DNA of 64,000 nucleotides from the IMG/VR virus record IMGVR_UViG_3300005294_000013; one strand, 5' to 3'. Shown here one piece after another: positions 1 to 9,378 of the stretch (position 1 is the stretch's first letter; each line of letters opens with the position of its first letter). Origin of the DNA: an uncultured virus (IMG/VR IMGVR_UViG_3300005294_000013) (lineage: Duplodnaviria > Heunggongvirae > Uroviricota > Caudoviricetes). The translations under genes were made by a program, and so were the position numbers. Below the pieces are notes generated by a model. It searched no databases, was not told the origin of the DNA, and was given only the letters and a program-made list of their open reading frames with translations.

Positions 1-239
1 GAGGCGCCAATAATAACCGCCTCGATAGTCTGGGCCGGCTGGTCCGGCCGTACCGGGTCGCGCACAATGTCTTCGTCACCCTGGTAAACCAGGCGCCAGA
101 CCTTGCCGCGATAGGTAACGACCGCAAATCCTAGCGGGATGTTTGCTTGGGCGGCGCTGTTAAGACCTGAGGTTCGGCCCTGGTAGATACTGGGCGGCCG
201 TCCTTGATCGAGGACGGCTAGAGCGTTCACTCCACTCAT
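1..239 (-). CDS. 5' part of conserved replication-module protein (putative ssDNA-binding); counterpart of 61289..62467, truncated by window edge
   Basis: ATG at 239; aligns to 62229..62467 at offset 62228. Confidence 0.8.
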   Translation of the reverse strand, partial: MSGVNALAVLDQGRPPSIYQGRTSGLNSAAQANIPLGFAVVTYRGKVWRLVYQGDEDIVRDPVRPDQPAQTIEAVIIGA

Positions 240-271
240 ACGGAAATCCTTCCTATTAAAGCTATAGTCAC

Positions 272-709
272 TCAGCTCCGGCGGACGCGCAAGACGGTTT
301 CTTGGCTCATATTGACGCCCGGCACCGGTTCACTTGTCTCGTCCATCAGTGACATTACGGCAGTTTTGCTGACCCTTGCTTCGAGCAGATCCCAGGCTTG
401 GTTGGCTAGGATATAGGACAGTGTCGCGGGCCAGTCCTTGACGGTGACAGATGTCTCGGTCGACTGGTACACCGTGCCATCAGGTGACGACATGGAAGTG
501 ACACCAGCGGCCTGAAGCTCTGACAGGATCATGTTAGCCAGGGTGCTGAGCATGTCGTTGAACGGATGCAGGGCAAGTTTATGCATCTCTTGAAGTTGTT
601 CTTTGCGACGACGCAGTGCGAGATACTTTTGTGTCATCTCCGCTACGCTCATTGGCCCCGTGGCCTCGTGCGGTAGTGGTTGTGTGGGTGTCGCTTGTCT
701 TGGCTGCAT
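272..709 (-). CDS. Conserved phage hypothetical protein with N-terminal coiled coil
   Basis: 145 aa; near-identical protein at 62500..62916. Confidence 0.8.
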   Translation of the reverse strand: MQPRQATPTQPLPHEATGPMSVAEMTQKYLALRRRKEQLQEMHKLALHPFNDMLSTLANMILSELQAAGVTSMSSPDGTVYQSTETSVTVKDWPATLSYILANQAWDLLEARVSKTAVMSLMDETSEPVPGVNMSQETVLRVRRS

Positions 710-1319
710 CGGCGGCTGCTCCTGCTATGACAACGGCGTTGCTCGGCGGCGCCGCGGTGGTTCCACCTGCGTTGGTTGCACTGACGACACAGGTAATCGA
801 GGTTCCGGCATCGGCAGCGGTGACGAGGTAGCTGCTATCGGTGCCGCCGCTCGACCACGCGTAGGCGTAGGAAGTAGGCACGTTGGCCCAGTTGCCCATG
901 GTGCAGTTTAGGGTCGAGTCCACGGTACCGGTCCCGGTAACCGCAGGCACGTCAATGCAGACCGGTGCCGGCGGTGCCGTCGGGCCGGAGTAAGTCACCT
1001 CGGTGACGTTGGCGCCTGCCGGCTTGTCACCTACCGGTGCCACCTGGGTCTGAAGGCTGCGGGCGTGGTAAACCGCCAGCGCATCGTTGATCCAGCGGGT
1101 GATCATCACCGCAGCATCAGGCTCGCCCAAGCGGGCAGACCACAGCGTCAGGTATGAGCTGCGGGAGTTGTCGTAAAGGAATTGCACAAATTCCGGCGGT
1201 GCCGGCTGGGTGGGATCGAGCCCGGCCGCATCGAGGTCGAGCAGGGTCATGGGAAGTGGATCAGACATCAGGGTTCCTCCTTGGTAGGTTGTTGCGGTTG
1301 GGGCTTGGGAGATTGCCAT
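579..1319 (-). CDS. Hypothetical protein with an Ig-like domain
   Basis: SD-like AGGAG before ATG 1319 and GGAGG before in-frame ATG 1268; segment PAVTGTGTVDSTLNCTMGNW...YAYAW...YLVTAADAGTSITCVVSATN. Confidence 0.7.
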   Translation of the reverse strand: MAISQAPTATTYQGGTLMSDPLPMTLLDLDAAGLDPTQPAPPEFVQFLYDNSRSSYLTLWSARLGEPDAAVMITRWINDALAVYHARSLQTQVAPVGDKPAGANVTEVTYSGPTAPPAPVCIDVPAVTGTGTVDSTLNCTMGNWANVPTSYAYAWSSGGTDSSYLVTAADAGTSITCVVSATNAGGTTAAPPSNAVVIAGAAADAAKTSDTHTTTTARGHGANERSGDDTKVSRTASSQRTTSRDA

Positions 1320-1322
1320 GCG

Positions 1323-1568
1323 TTACTCCTTGTCGCTTTCTTTAATGACGTAGTCTCGCAGCCTTTTAGCTGCGTACTCTGCACTTTCGTCGTACTCGAT
1401 TTCTAGTTTACCATCGTGGGTTACTTTTATGTGGGCGTTGCGTAGCCCCATAACAAACAACCAATCGGATTGATTGTAAGCCGGTTGCATCAGGTAAACC
1501 TCAACGCTCGGCAGAGATACGCGTCGCGGGTATGCTGGTCTGTCTCGACCTGCATCCTCAGAAAACAC
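1323..1568 (-). CDS. Hypothetical protein (start uncertain)
   Basis: ORF fills gap between co-oriented genes. Confidence 0.4.
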   Translation of the reverse strand: MFSEDAGRDRPAYPRRVSLPSVEVYLMQPAYNQSDWLFVMGLRNAHIKVTHDGKLEIEYDESAEYAAKRLRDYVIKESDKE

Positions 1569-1662
1569 TGATCGTAGGTTTCATGAGGTTGCATCGGTAC
1601 ACGCGGCCCATCCGGGTCTAACCCGGCGAGGCGGCGTATGTTAACGAGTGTTTTGTTTTCTG

Positions 1663-3210
1663 TCATACCTCCAACTCCTGCTGGTGGAAAAGCTCAAGTA
1701 GTAACCCCTGCATTCTGCCGCGCGTCTTCAACCGGCTGTATGCTACCCGCTCGACGGGCGTGCCGGTCAGGTGGACGATGAGCTGCTTTTCTTTTTGCCC
1801 CGGCCGGCGGATGCGTCCGTTTGCCTGCTCATAGTGCTCGGGGTTGTTCGTTGCCGTGTACCAGACGATTGTAGACGCAGCAGTGAGGGTAAGTCCGTGC
1901 GCCATACATTGCGGGTGCGCCACGAGAACACGCGGCGAGGGGCTATTCTGAAAGTCCGCGAAGATACGATCTCTACTCGTCTTCGACGTGCCCCCGTAGA
2001 CCATCTCCACCGTCTCCCCCTCCTTACGGAGGTAATCCGCGATCGACTGCAAGGCATGGACGAAGGGTACGAATACAATAACCTTGCTATTAGATGCTCG
2101 GCAGAAATCACGCAACGCCTCCATACGAGGTTTGTTAGGCAGGGTGTATACCGCCTTGTCGTTGGTATACATAAACCCACACGCCACTTGAAGCAGCTTG
2201 CTTTGCAACACGCCCTCGTTGGCAGCGGTAATCTCCCCCCGCTCCGACATCATTCGCAGCTTGGTGACCATAAGCTGGTATGCCTGCTTGGCCTTGGGCT
2301 CGCTCGCCACCTTGTGATCGAGGGTCACGGTCGGCGGCAGCTCGACGACATCACTCAACGTGTACCTGACGCTGGGCTGCATAGCGTCGAACACGATGTC
2401 GTTGGCGCCCTGCCTCTCAGCCCACTTGAACTGCGACACCTGCATCATCGTCAGGTCGCGGAAGCGGGTGAAGGTCCGCGTGGTGCGTTCAGGGGTCAAG
2501 AGCCGCGCCTGGCCCCAGGCATCGGTCGGCGCCTTGGGCCGCGGCGACCCGGTCATCCCCCAGACGTACTTGATACCGTCGACGATCGCCTTGGCGGAGC
2601 GCCAAAGATCGGTCTTCTGCGTCCTGAACGTCGCCAATTCGTCGATGATGAACAGGTCGAACTTTTTAGCGATCAGCTCGTCCCGGAGCAGCGGCAGTCC
2701 GTGGTGATTGATCACGTAATAGTCTGCATCCTCGGCCAGGAGCTGGAGCCGGCGCACCCGCTTGTCGCTATGCAGCACCTTGACGCGAGCCTGCGGGTTG
2801 GCGAGGAAGATTTCCTTCTCCCAGACCGGGGTCAGCACGCTCAGCGGCGCGGTGATCAGCACCCGCTTCACCTCGCCGGTCTGGCGCAAGTACTCGGCCG
2901 AGAAGATCGAGGCCAGGGTCTTACCCGTTCCCAGCTCCGACAGCACGTAGCAACGCTGGCTCTCGGTCAGCAATGCCGCCGTCGAGCGCTGCACGTCCCA
3001 GGGCTTCAGCCCACACCAGTTGAATCGCGTCAGCACGGGCGCCGGCACCGGCAGGCCCAGATTGCGAGCGAGACGTGCCTCTTCCTTGCGGTTGGGTATG
3101 ACGAGCATTCTCTGACCGCCGTGATCCAACGCGCGGGCGTGCGGGATCACCGCGGCGAGGTCTTGGCGCCAGGGAACCACGAAGTGATTAGTGTCAGCCG
3201 TGACGAACAT
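1663..3210 (-). CDS. SNF2-like superfamily 2 helicase/ATPase
   Basis: ELGTGKT (motif I), IIDELA (II), MTGSP (III), HGLTLTAA (V), QANGRIRRPGQ (VI). Confidence 0.92.
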   Translation of the reverse strand: MFVTADTNHFVVPWRQDLAAVIPHARALDHGGQRMLVIPNRKEEARLARNLGLPVPAPVLTRFNWCGLKPWDVQRSTAALLTESQRCYVLSELGTGKTLASIFSAEYLRQTGEVKRVLITAPLSVLTPVWEKEIFLANPQARVKVLHSDKRVRRLQLLAEDADYYVINHHGLPLLRDELIAKKFDLFIIDELATFRTQKTDLWRSAKAIVDGIKYVWGMTGSPRPKAPTDAWGQARLLTPERTTRTFTRFRDLTMMQVSQFKWAERQGANDIVFDAMQPSVRYTLSDVVELPPTVTLDHKVASEPKAKQAYQLMVTKLRMMSERGEITAANEGVLQSKLLQVACGFMYTNDKAVYTLPNKPRMEALRDFCRASNSKVIVFVPFVHALQSIADYLRKEGETVEMVYGGTSKTSRDRIFADFQNSPSPRVLVAHPQCMAHGLTLTAASTIVWYTATNNPEHYEQANGRIRRPGQKEKQLIVHLTGTPVERVAYSRLKTRGRMQGLLLELFHQQELEV

Positions 3211-3553
3211 GCGTATGAGTCCTATAGTTACTCAGATCCACCCTGAGCTGGCACCAATCGTTAAACTCCGCCAGCGAAGCGATATCGTTGATCACGAATA
3301 CCGGCACACCAGAGTTAAGGATATCCTCGATGATACCTTTCTGGCGCTCCGATGGCTTCTTACCCTCGGCCTTGGCCTCGATCGCGAAACCGTGGCCGCA
3401 TATGAAGCCGAGATAATCCAGCGTCGATCGGCCGTAGCCGACCGGTACCGGCATATAATAGTATAATATGCCCATCTCCCGGTAAGTTTCAAGGATGACT
3501 TTGATTTTTTGTTTGATCTTGGCCTCCGGCGTCATCGTGCTGCCATTAACCAT
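3194..3553 (-). CDS. VRR-NUC domain nuclease
   Basis: TPEAKIK...LDYLG...FAIEAKAEGKKPSERQ pattern; adjacent to SNF2 helicase. Confidence 0.85.
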   Translation of the reverse strand: MVNGSTMTPEAKIKQKIKVILETYREMGILYYYMPVPVGYGRSTLDYLGFICGHGFAIEAKAEGKKPSERQKGIIEDILNSGVPVFVINDIASLAEFNDWCQLRVDLSNYRTHTHVRHG

Positions 3554-3601
3554 AGGACCATCGTGACGATGGCGATGGCGGTGAAGAAGTAGATATCGGT
3601 C

Positions 3602-3871
3602 CTAATCATCTACCACCTCCGCCCGTACAAACTTGACCAGCTTGGTTGTATGCCCGGTTTCACGCTCGAGGGTGCGTGCCAGCCCCAACATACGGAGTTG
3701 TGCTAGTTCCTTTGACGAGCTGACCAGAGGGTAGTAACCCTGCCCTACCTCCGGTGACGCAATTTTCTCGATCCCGTTGGGTTGCTGAACAATCCACACC
3801 CACAACTCGTCGATCGGGTCGGTGGTGTGAGCCAGTATGGTTCCCAGTTTCTCCGGCGGTACGGCGCCCAT
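3602..3871 (-). CDS. Hypothetical protein
   Basis: Likely ATG 3871 directly after upstream stop at 3873. Confidence 0.55.
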   Translation of the reverse strand: MGAVPPEKLGTILAHTTDPIDELWVWIVQQPNGIEKIASPEVGQGYYPLVSSSKELAQLRMLGLARTLERETGHTTKLVKFVRAEVVDD

Positions 3872-3872
3872 G

Positions 3873-4352
3873 TTATTCCCCATAGGATTTGTGCTCGATA
3901 GCGCCGCCATACAGCGGTGAGGGGGCACGCAGCCCCTCGACCTGGCGGTGCGTCTGACGTTTTGGCGCGGTGCCGGTGCCGGGTCTTGTAGGGCCGTTAC
4001 CACCCCGGTGTTTGCCGCCGGCCCGCTGGTGTTGCGGCAGGGGCGGGATGCGATAAGTGCCTTGGCTAAACCCACCGCCACGATCGAACGACGCCACCTC
4101 TTGCCGCACCGCCTCCGGCAACTGGTAGCGCAGCCAGTGGTCCCCGTGTTTGACGTAGAGGCGCGACAGGTACGCCCTCGCCTCGGTGACGTGCAGCTCG
4201 CGCTTGCACGCTTGCGCCAGGGCGCATTTCTCCGGGTTCTTGCGATCCCTCGCGTGGATGTCGGCTTTGATGATCTCGATGATCAGCGGCTCAGTGGCAT
4301 CGTAGACAGGTAAGCCGTCAAGGGTCTGTATGCGACGTGTTTGTGTTTTCAT
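3873..4352 (-). CDS. Hypothetical protein
   Basis: 159 aa with GAGGCTGA upstream of ATG; co-oriented. Confidence 0.7.
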   Translation of the reverse strand: MKTQTRRIQTLDGLPVYDATEPLIIEIIKADIHARDRKNPEKCALAQACKRELHVTEARAYLSRLYVKHGDHWLRYQLPEAVRQEVASFDRGGGFSQGTYRIPPLPQHQRAGGKHRGGNGPTRPGTGTAPKRQTHRQVEGLRAPSPLYGGAIEHKSYGE

Positions 4353-4509
4353 GGTCAGCCTCTTTTATACGTTCGCGTATGGTAGACGGGGCAACGCCAA
4401 ATCGACGAGCGAGGGTTGCCAAGTTCATTCCGCCTTTATGTAGTTTCCTGATCTTATCGATCGGTAGATCAGTCGGTTTCCTCCCTGTAGGTTTCTTATA
4501 AGCGAGCAT
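4318..4509 (-). CDS. Small HTH DNA-binding protein
   Basis: TGATG overlap with exonuclease stop; MNLATLARRFGVAPSTIRERI. Confidence 0.65.
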   Translation of the reverse strand: MLAYKKPTGRKPTDLPIDKIRKLHKGGMNLATLARRFGVAPSTIRERIKEADHENTNTSHTDP

Positions 4510-5183
4510 CAATACCCCCCCACCGCATAGTGCGGACAGGACACCACCTGGCACCAGCGCTTACACAGACCGCCCGGCTTGGGCGGGAACTCCTGCTCCT
4601 CGCGGGCACGTTGGAGCTTCTTGACGCGCGGTAGTATATCCCCCCAGATCGTCGTCAGGTCGCTGCGTACATACTCCTCCGACTCGACCCGATCGTGGTT
4701 GACGAACACTAACGCCGCTCTGACCTTATTCACACGAGGTGCAGAGTGAAAAACCAGTGCAGCACAGAGCTGCAACTGGGTTGTGTCGACCGCAGGCTTA
4801 CCGGTCTTCCAATCCAGCACCGTGGCCTCATTCTCTCGCAATTTGGTGCAATCCAGCACGCCGCGGAACCAAGCCTCGGACGAGAACCACGCCACCGGCT
4901 GATAAGACGCCGACAGCGCCAGCTTGCGCTCGCTATATGTCTGCCCCTCGGCGGCGCTAACCCGCGCCAGCATGCCCTCGTAGTGCCCCAGGCCCAGCGG
5001 CAGCGGTGTCCTCTTGGTGAGGCGGGCATCAAAGGCGGCATGCACCTCATGCCCTTCCCTGAGTGCATCACTCTCGGCCTCCTTGACATCCTTCGCCATG
5101 TCGTAGTGGTAGTGCCGCTTGGGACACGTTTCATAGTTACGCAAGGCCGAGTACGACCAGGAAAATTTACGTTGAGAGTTCAT
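4509..5183 (-). CDS. PD-(D/E)XK (Cas4/RecB-like) exonuclease
   Basis: SYSAL..YETCP, GVLD, VLDWKTGK, QLQLC, C-terminal LCKRWCQVVSC. Confidence 0.88.
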   Translation of the reverse strand: MNSQRKFSWSYSALRNYETCPKRHYHYDMAKDVKEAESDALREGHEVHAAFDARLTKRTPLPLGLGHYEGMLARVSAAEGQTYSERKLALSASYQPVAWFSSEAWFRGVLDCTKLRENEATVLDWKTGKPAVDTTQLQLCAALVFHSAPRVNKVRAALVFVNHDRVESEEYVRSDLTTIWGDILPRVKKLQRAREEQEFPPKPGGLCKRWCQVVSCPHYAVGGY

Positions 5184-5197
5184 TGACCTTACTTCCC

Positions 5198-6445
5198 TTA
5201 TGCGCGCCTTACCTCCCCCGGTGCAACGACCGGGCCGTATGGTTTACCCTTGTGATGGATAACAACGTCAGCCATCATATCACCTAGTCTATCATGTGGT
5301 ATTAAGCCTTTTGGTATTGGCAGTTTCTCATCGACGCTAATCGCGGCTCCGTTAAATTCTTCGAGCAGTTTATGGTGATACCGCGGCACCGTCAGCCATA
5401 CCTTCAACCCATTCCACTCGAACTCGCGTGCTCCCCGATAGTGCGCCCGTACTCCCGTAGTACCTACACGATCGTGCGGGCGCACATAGTGAAAAATGCG
5501 CGCTCGGGAACCCTTACTGTTAGCGGCAAACTCACGGTTACGAAAAAACTCCGCTGAGCGCTCGATGGGTACGCCAAACCGACCAACATCTTTCCCGCGA
5601 CTAACATTAACTTGTATACCGTCGAGTGCTGCTATGGTACCGGATAGCGCTAGAAAAAATAGGTTCGACGCAAAATCATTAAGAGTATGAGGAGTATGAG
5701 GTGATCCGCCGTTCCGATGTTTTACCTCATGCCATATCTCCCGTAAGTCGTGCGAATGGATCATCCGGTTATGGTGGATAGTTATCTCTTCGCCGTGCGA
5801 ACGAATACGTTGATACTGCCCATGCCGGAACGGTACCGATGATATTGTCCCGTCGTTGAGGTCGACCGCTATCATAAAAGGATTTAGCATGCCTTTAGGC
5901 AACCAGTATGGTGCGTAGAATAAATTCCCCTCGTATAATATGCTGTTGGGACGAGGTGGTGTAACCAATCGAGAGTGATGCGGACGGTATTTCTGAAAAT
6001 ACACCATGCGAGGTGTTGCAAAATCACCCTCGTTTTTGCGGTATCCCGGCATTGTATATGCCGACATAAAAAACGCCGGCCATTTGTGCGGATCGGAAGG
6101 AATGCGAGGGTCGAGCTGGTTATAATACATAGCATCACCGCTACCGCTCAAGATCACCGCGCCAATCTTACGAAATAAACTGTATGTAGAAAAATCGTGT
6201 CGCCGCAATGCCCGCAGAGCCTTGAAATACTCTCCGATGCCGTTGAGTATATCACCGATATGATATATCTGAGTGTTACTGATCTGTGACGAGGACTCGT
6301 CCTTATCGTATCCTTCGTAGGTATTTGCGCCTACCCTCGTTTGTATATACGGTGTAAGCCGGCTTTGCCCGCCAACCTTCTCCATGCAGCCAGTCCATAA
6401 CCGCAACCATGCTTGATCGATCGGGGATGCATAGTTATAGTTCAT
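5198..6445 (-). CDS. Hypothetical protein, lower GC than flanks
   Basis: 415-aa ORF; HYVRPHDR...VRAHYRG motif near C-terminus. Confidence 0.75.
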   Translation of the reverse strand: MNYNYASPIDQAWLRLWTGCMEKVGGQSRLTPYIQTRVGANTYEGYDKDESSSQISNTQIYHIGDILNGIGEYFKALRALRRHDFSTYSLFRKIGAVILSGSGDAMYYNQLDPRIPSDPHKWPAFFMSAYTMPGYRKNEGDFATPRMVYFQKYRPHHSRLVTPPRPNSILYEGNLFYAPYWLPKGMLNPFMIAVDLNDGTISSVPFRHGQYQRIRSHGEEITIHHNRMIHSHDLREIWHEVKHRNGGSPHTPHTLNDFASNLFFLALSGTIAALDGIQVNVSRGKDVGRFGVPIERSAEFFRNREFAANSKGSRARIFHYVRPHDRVGTTGVRAHYRGAREFEWNGLKVWLTVPRYHHKLLEEFNGAAISVDEKLPIPKGLIPHDRLGDMMADVVIHHKGKPYGPVVAPGEVRRA

Positions 6446-6528
6446 CGCTTATGAGTCCGATCTTCGCCCCACGTCGATATATCGAGCGTGAGCTAAGTTA
6501 ATGAGACGGCCACCACGGGCTTCCACGA

Positions 6529-8466
6529 TCATTGATTTTCTCCCCGCTCCGCTGCCAGTAGGTTCCTACCCCAACCGCCCTCGCTGGCGAGCGGTAGCGG
6601 TAGGGTCTTCTCCACCACCACCTGCCCCATGACAAGCTTAGGCGGTTTCTCCCTGGCTTCAGCCCAGGCTGGCACAATAGCAAACTCGCGCTCCAGCATA
6701 TCACTCCACTGCTCAACTTCGTTTTCGCAAACGCAGTAGTCCAGGCTGTCATGGGTCGAGAGGAATGGATGAACCCCAGTGTCGCTATATATCCTCAAGG
6801 CGATATCCGTAATGACGATCCGCGAGAGTGCTTGAGAAAGGTTCTCGATAAACTTGGCACCGTACAGCTTGGTCCAGCTCTTGTATGCATTCTTATATAG
6901 TGCCTCCTCCTTACCTTCCGCGTTCGTTTCCCGCTTCAGTCCGGGATAGTACAAATACATGCCGTTGGGCAGAAATACCTTCTCCTCGCCATAGGTCACA
7001 GGTATGTGCGACCTCGTAGGGGTATACGTGTCGTTTGGTTCTAGTAGTTTGTCGATAACTTTATTTCCAAACCGCCATAGCTTAGGTATCGAGGGATATA
7101 GCGATCGATAATGGTTGACGATGTCCTGAGCTTCACTCGTCTCGATCTTCATCGAGACGCCGCCGTTGCCGATGTACAACATATGCCTGAATTTGTCGGC
7201 GCCGCAGCCATAACCCAAGCCCAAAATTGCTGTCTTACCTACAAACCTACGAAGAGTATCGTTCCGCGTTACCGGCATTTTGTATAGGTCGCTAGCGTAT
7301 GCGGAGTAAACGTCGTCGCCGGCAGCGAAGGCGTCGAGCAGGGTAGGTTCCTGCGCCAGCCAGGCGACCATCCTGGCCTCGATCTGGCCCGCATCACGAT
7401 GAACGACGCGCATCCCCGGCGGCGCCGTGAGTGCCGCGCGGACCGCGGAGCCGCGCGGTAAGTTCTGAAGGTTCAGCTTGTCGTCGCCACCCAGCCGGCC
7501 GGTCCTGGCGGCATAGTATTTCAGAGGGACCGCCAGCCAGCCCTGATCCTCTCCAGGCCAGCGCAGGCGGGCCTGGGTCAGCAGACGCTCGGTGCGGGTT
7601 TCCTCGATGGTGCTTTTGGCCTCCAGCCTGACGGCGAGAGCTACCTGAGCATCCATTGGCAGGCTTGGATCTTCGCACATTTCCCTGAATGCGCGATCGC
7701 CCTTCGCCAAGGCCGGGATCATGCCCTCACCCGTTGGCGAGGGTTTGAGCGGTACGTCTACCCCCAGCGATTCGAGGTAGGCAGCGAACCTGGGTTGCGA
7801 CGAAAATATGTCCCGGTCCACGTACCCCAGCCGGTCGAACGCCTCTGCCTTGCGGGCTCGCACCTCGGCCAGGTGCACGCTGAGCGCGCCGGCATCGAGC
7901 CTGACCTGGGGGACGATGAACATGCGGGCGACGAGGTCGATGACAGCCAGCTCGGCATTGGTGAAGTAAGGACGCAGCCGGTCGAACGCGGCCCGGCAGT
8001 TCTCATTGTCGCGCACGCAGTAGTCTGCGTATGCCGTCAGCTCGGACGAGGTGAAGCTTTCTAGGCGCTTGCCGATAGCGCGGACCACCTCGTCGCCTTT
8101 TGGTGGCAGTCCTAGGTGGGTCGAGAGCGCAGCGAGCGATGACTTGCCAATGACCCAGTGGGTGATGGCGCGCGCCATCGACAAGGTGCAGAGGTAGAGC
8201 TGTGGCACAAACCCGTAGTGCCAGTGCAATATCGAGCCGTCGAAGTTTATGTGGTGGGACAGGAGTGCTGTCTTGTCTGGGTCGAACTCGGCGAGGCGGG
8301 AGCGGATAGCCTTGTCGCCTACCAGCACCTGCGTCGGCTCGTCATCGACCTTGAGCGACAGCATGATGGGCTGGAACCTGGGGTCCAGGTTGTACTCGCT
8401 TGTTGTCATGCGCGTCAGCGTGTAGTCGCGGGCATAAAAAGTTTCTATGTCACAGGTAAGGATCAT
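6529..8466 (-). CDS. polA: Family A DNA polymerase with 3'-5' exonuclease domain
   Basis: DIET (Exo I), HHINFDG (Exo II), YCVRD (Exo III), TGRLGG, DAGQIEAR (motif A), RFVGKTAILGLGYG (B), THDS (C); ATG 8466 overlaps upstream stop. Confidence 0.95.
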   Translation of the reverse strand: MILTCDIETFYARDYTLTRMTTSEYNLDPRFQPIMLSLKVDDEPTQVLVGDKAIRSRLAEFDPDKTALLSHHINFDGSILHWHYGFVPQLYLCTLSMARAITHWVIGKSSLAALSTHLGLPPKGDEVVRAIGKRLESFTSSELTAYADYCVRDNENCRAAFDRLRPYFTNAELAVIDLVARMFIVPQVRLDAGALSVHLAEVRARKAEAFDRLGYVDRDIFSSQPRFAAYLESLGVDVPLKPSPTGEGMIPALAKGDRAFREMCEDPSLPMDAQVALAVRLEAKSTIEETRTERLLTQARLRWPGEDQGWLAVPLKYYAARTGRLGGDDKLNLQNLPRGSAVRAALTAPPGMRVVHRDAGQIEARMVAWLAQEPTLLDAFAAGDDVYSAYASDLYKMPVTRNDTLRRFVGKTAILGLGYGCGADKFRHMLYIGNGGVSMKIETSEAQDIVNHYRSLYPSIPKLWRFGNKVIDKLLEPNDTYTPTRSHIPVTYGEEKVFLPNGMYLYYPGLKRETNAEGKEEALYKNAYKSWTKLYGAKFIENLSQALSRIVITDIALRIYSDTGVHPFLSTHDSLDYCVCENEVEQWSDMLEREFAIVPAWAEAREKPPKLVMGQVVVEKTLPLPLASEGGWGRNLLAAERGENQ

Positions 8467-8711
8467 AGGCCTCGTGGCCTCGTGCAGTCGCCGTGCTCCT
8501 CCAGCATCTGCTCCTCGACCAGCGTGTCCGCCAGCGCGAGGCGAGCGGCCCAGGCAGTGGGGTAGGTGCGGGGGTGGAACCACGGTATGCCCGTGATCAC
8601 GCAGCCATTGGCGGTGTACCGCAGCCTGCCGATCGGCTGATCGTCTGATGTGATCAGAAATCCGCCGGATTCCTTGATGTAGGCGAGGCCCATCAGCTCG
8701 CTCCGCGTCAC
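8463..8711 (-). CDS. Hypothetical protein
   Basis: 82 aa, ATGA-coupled to polA. Confidence 0.55.
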   Translation of the reverse strand: MTRSELMGLAYIKESGGFLITSDDQPIGRLRYTANGCVITGIPWFHPRTYPTAWAARLALADTLVEEQMLEEHGDCTRPRGL

Positions 8712-8845
8712 CTAGAAACTATGACAGCCCTACGAAGGCAGGGCTGTCAAGGGTGAGTTATTATAGGGCTGCTAGTAAGCAGGCTGCGAGGGGACGAGCG
8801 CCTGCGGCTAGCTAGCTAGCAGCCCTAGCGTCTGACAGGCCCTCG

Positions 8846-9181
8846 CTAACGCTCGAGGATACGAGGCTCGTGCCTCTGGCGCAGGCGCATAGCGTCCTCA
8901 AAAACCTTCCGTTGCCACTCCAGGGACAGCAGGCGGTTCTGCTGTTCGAGCTGCTTGATGCGCTGCGCTGTCTCGTCGAGGGGAGGCTGGGGCAGGTATA
9001 CCGGCGCCTCGCCAGCGCGAGGATAAGGCGCCAGTGCCGGATAGGACGGAGCGGGCAGGGACGGCCCGCCGCCCCGGAAACCTGGCGGTGAGCCATAGTC
9101 GCCGTCGCCCAGCGACACGGCCGGCTGGGCGAGGGCGGGCAGGGCGGCACAGAGTGCCGCCGCGAGGATTAGGTGTCGCAT
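8846..9181 (-). CDS. Putative exported protein
   Basis: Signal peptide-like MRHLILAAALCAALPALA; SD GGAGG. Confidence 0.6.
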   Translation of the reverse strand: MRHLILAAALCAALPALAQPAVSLGDGDYGSPPGFRGGGPSLPAPSYPALAPYPRAGEAPVYLPQPPLDETAQRIKQLEQQNRLLSLEWQRKVFEDAMRLRQRHEPRILER

Positions 9182-9183
9182 CT

Positions 9184-9375
9184 TTAGTTCCTCCCTTCGA
9201 CCCAGCCCATGCACATATCGAAGTAGGTGATGTGCTGATCGTTGCAGCGCACCAACTGCTCCGCATACGTCTCGCCTTTAGTGAACACGGCGATATAGAC
9301 GGCGAGCAATAACACCGACACCCAGAATGCAACGATCCAGCGGTGCTGGCGTTGCTGTTTTTCACCTTCTGTCAT
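9184..9375 (-). CDS. Small single-pass membrane protein
   Basis: WIVAFWVSVLLLAVYIAVF; GAGGGCTGA upstream. Confidence 0.65.
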   Translation of the reverse strand: MTEGEKQQRQHRWIVAFWVSVLLLAVYIAVFTKGETYAEQLVRCNDQHITYFDMCMGWVEGRN

Positions 9376-9378
9376 CTT

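Noticed and set aside
1771..3246. 491-aa plus-strand ORF and many other long antisense ORFs (e.g. 29767..30729, 45211..46080, 48457..49347)
   Set aside because: Shadows of well-supported genes on the opposite strand in GC-rich DNA; no motifs.
4509..5183. Cas4-like nuclease as evidence of CRISPR-Cas
   Set aside because: No cas1/cas2 and no repeat-spacer array; such nucleases are common in phage replication modules.
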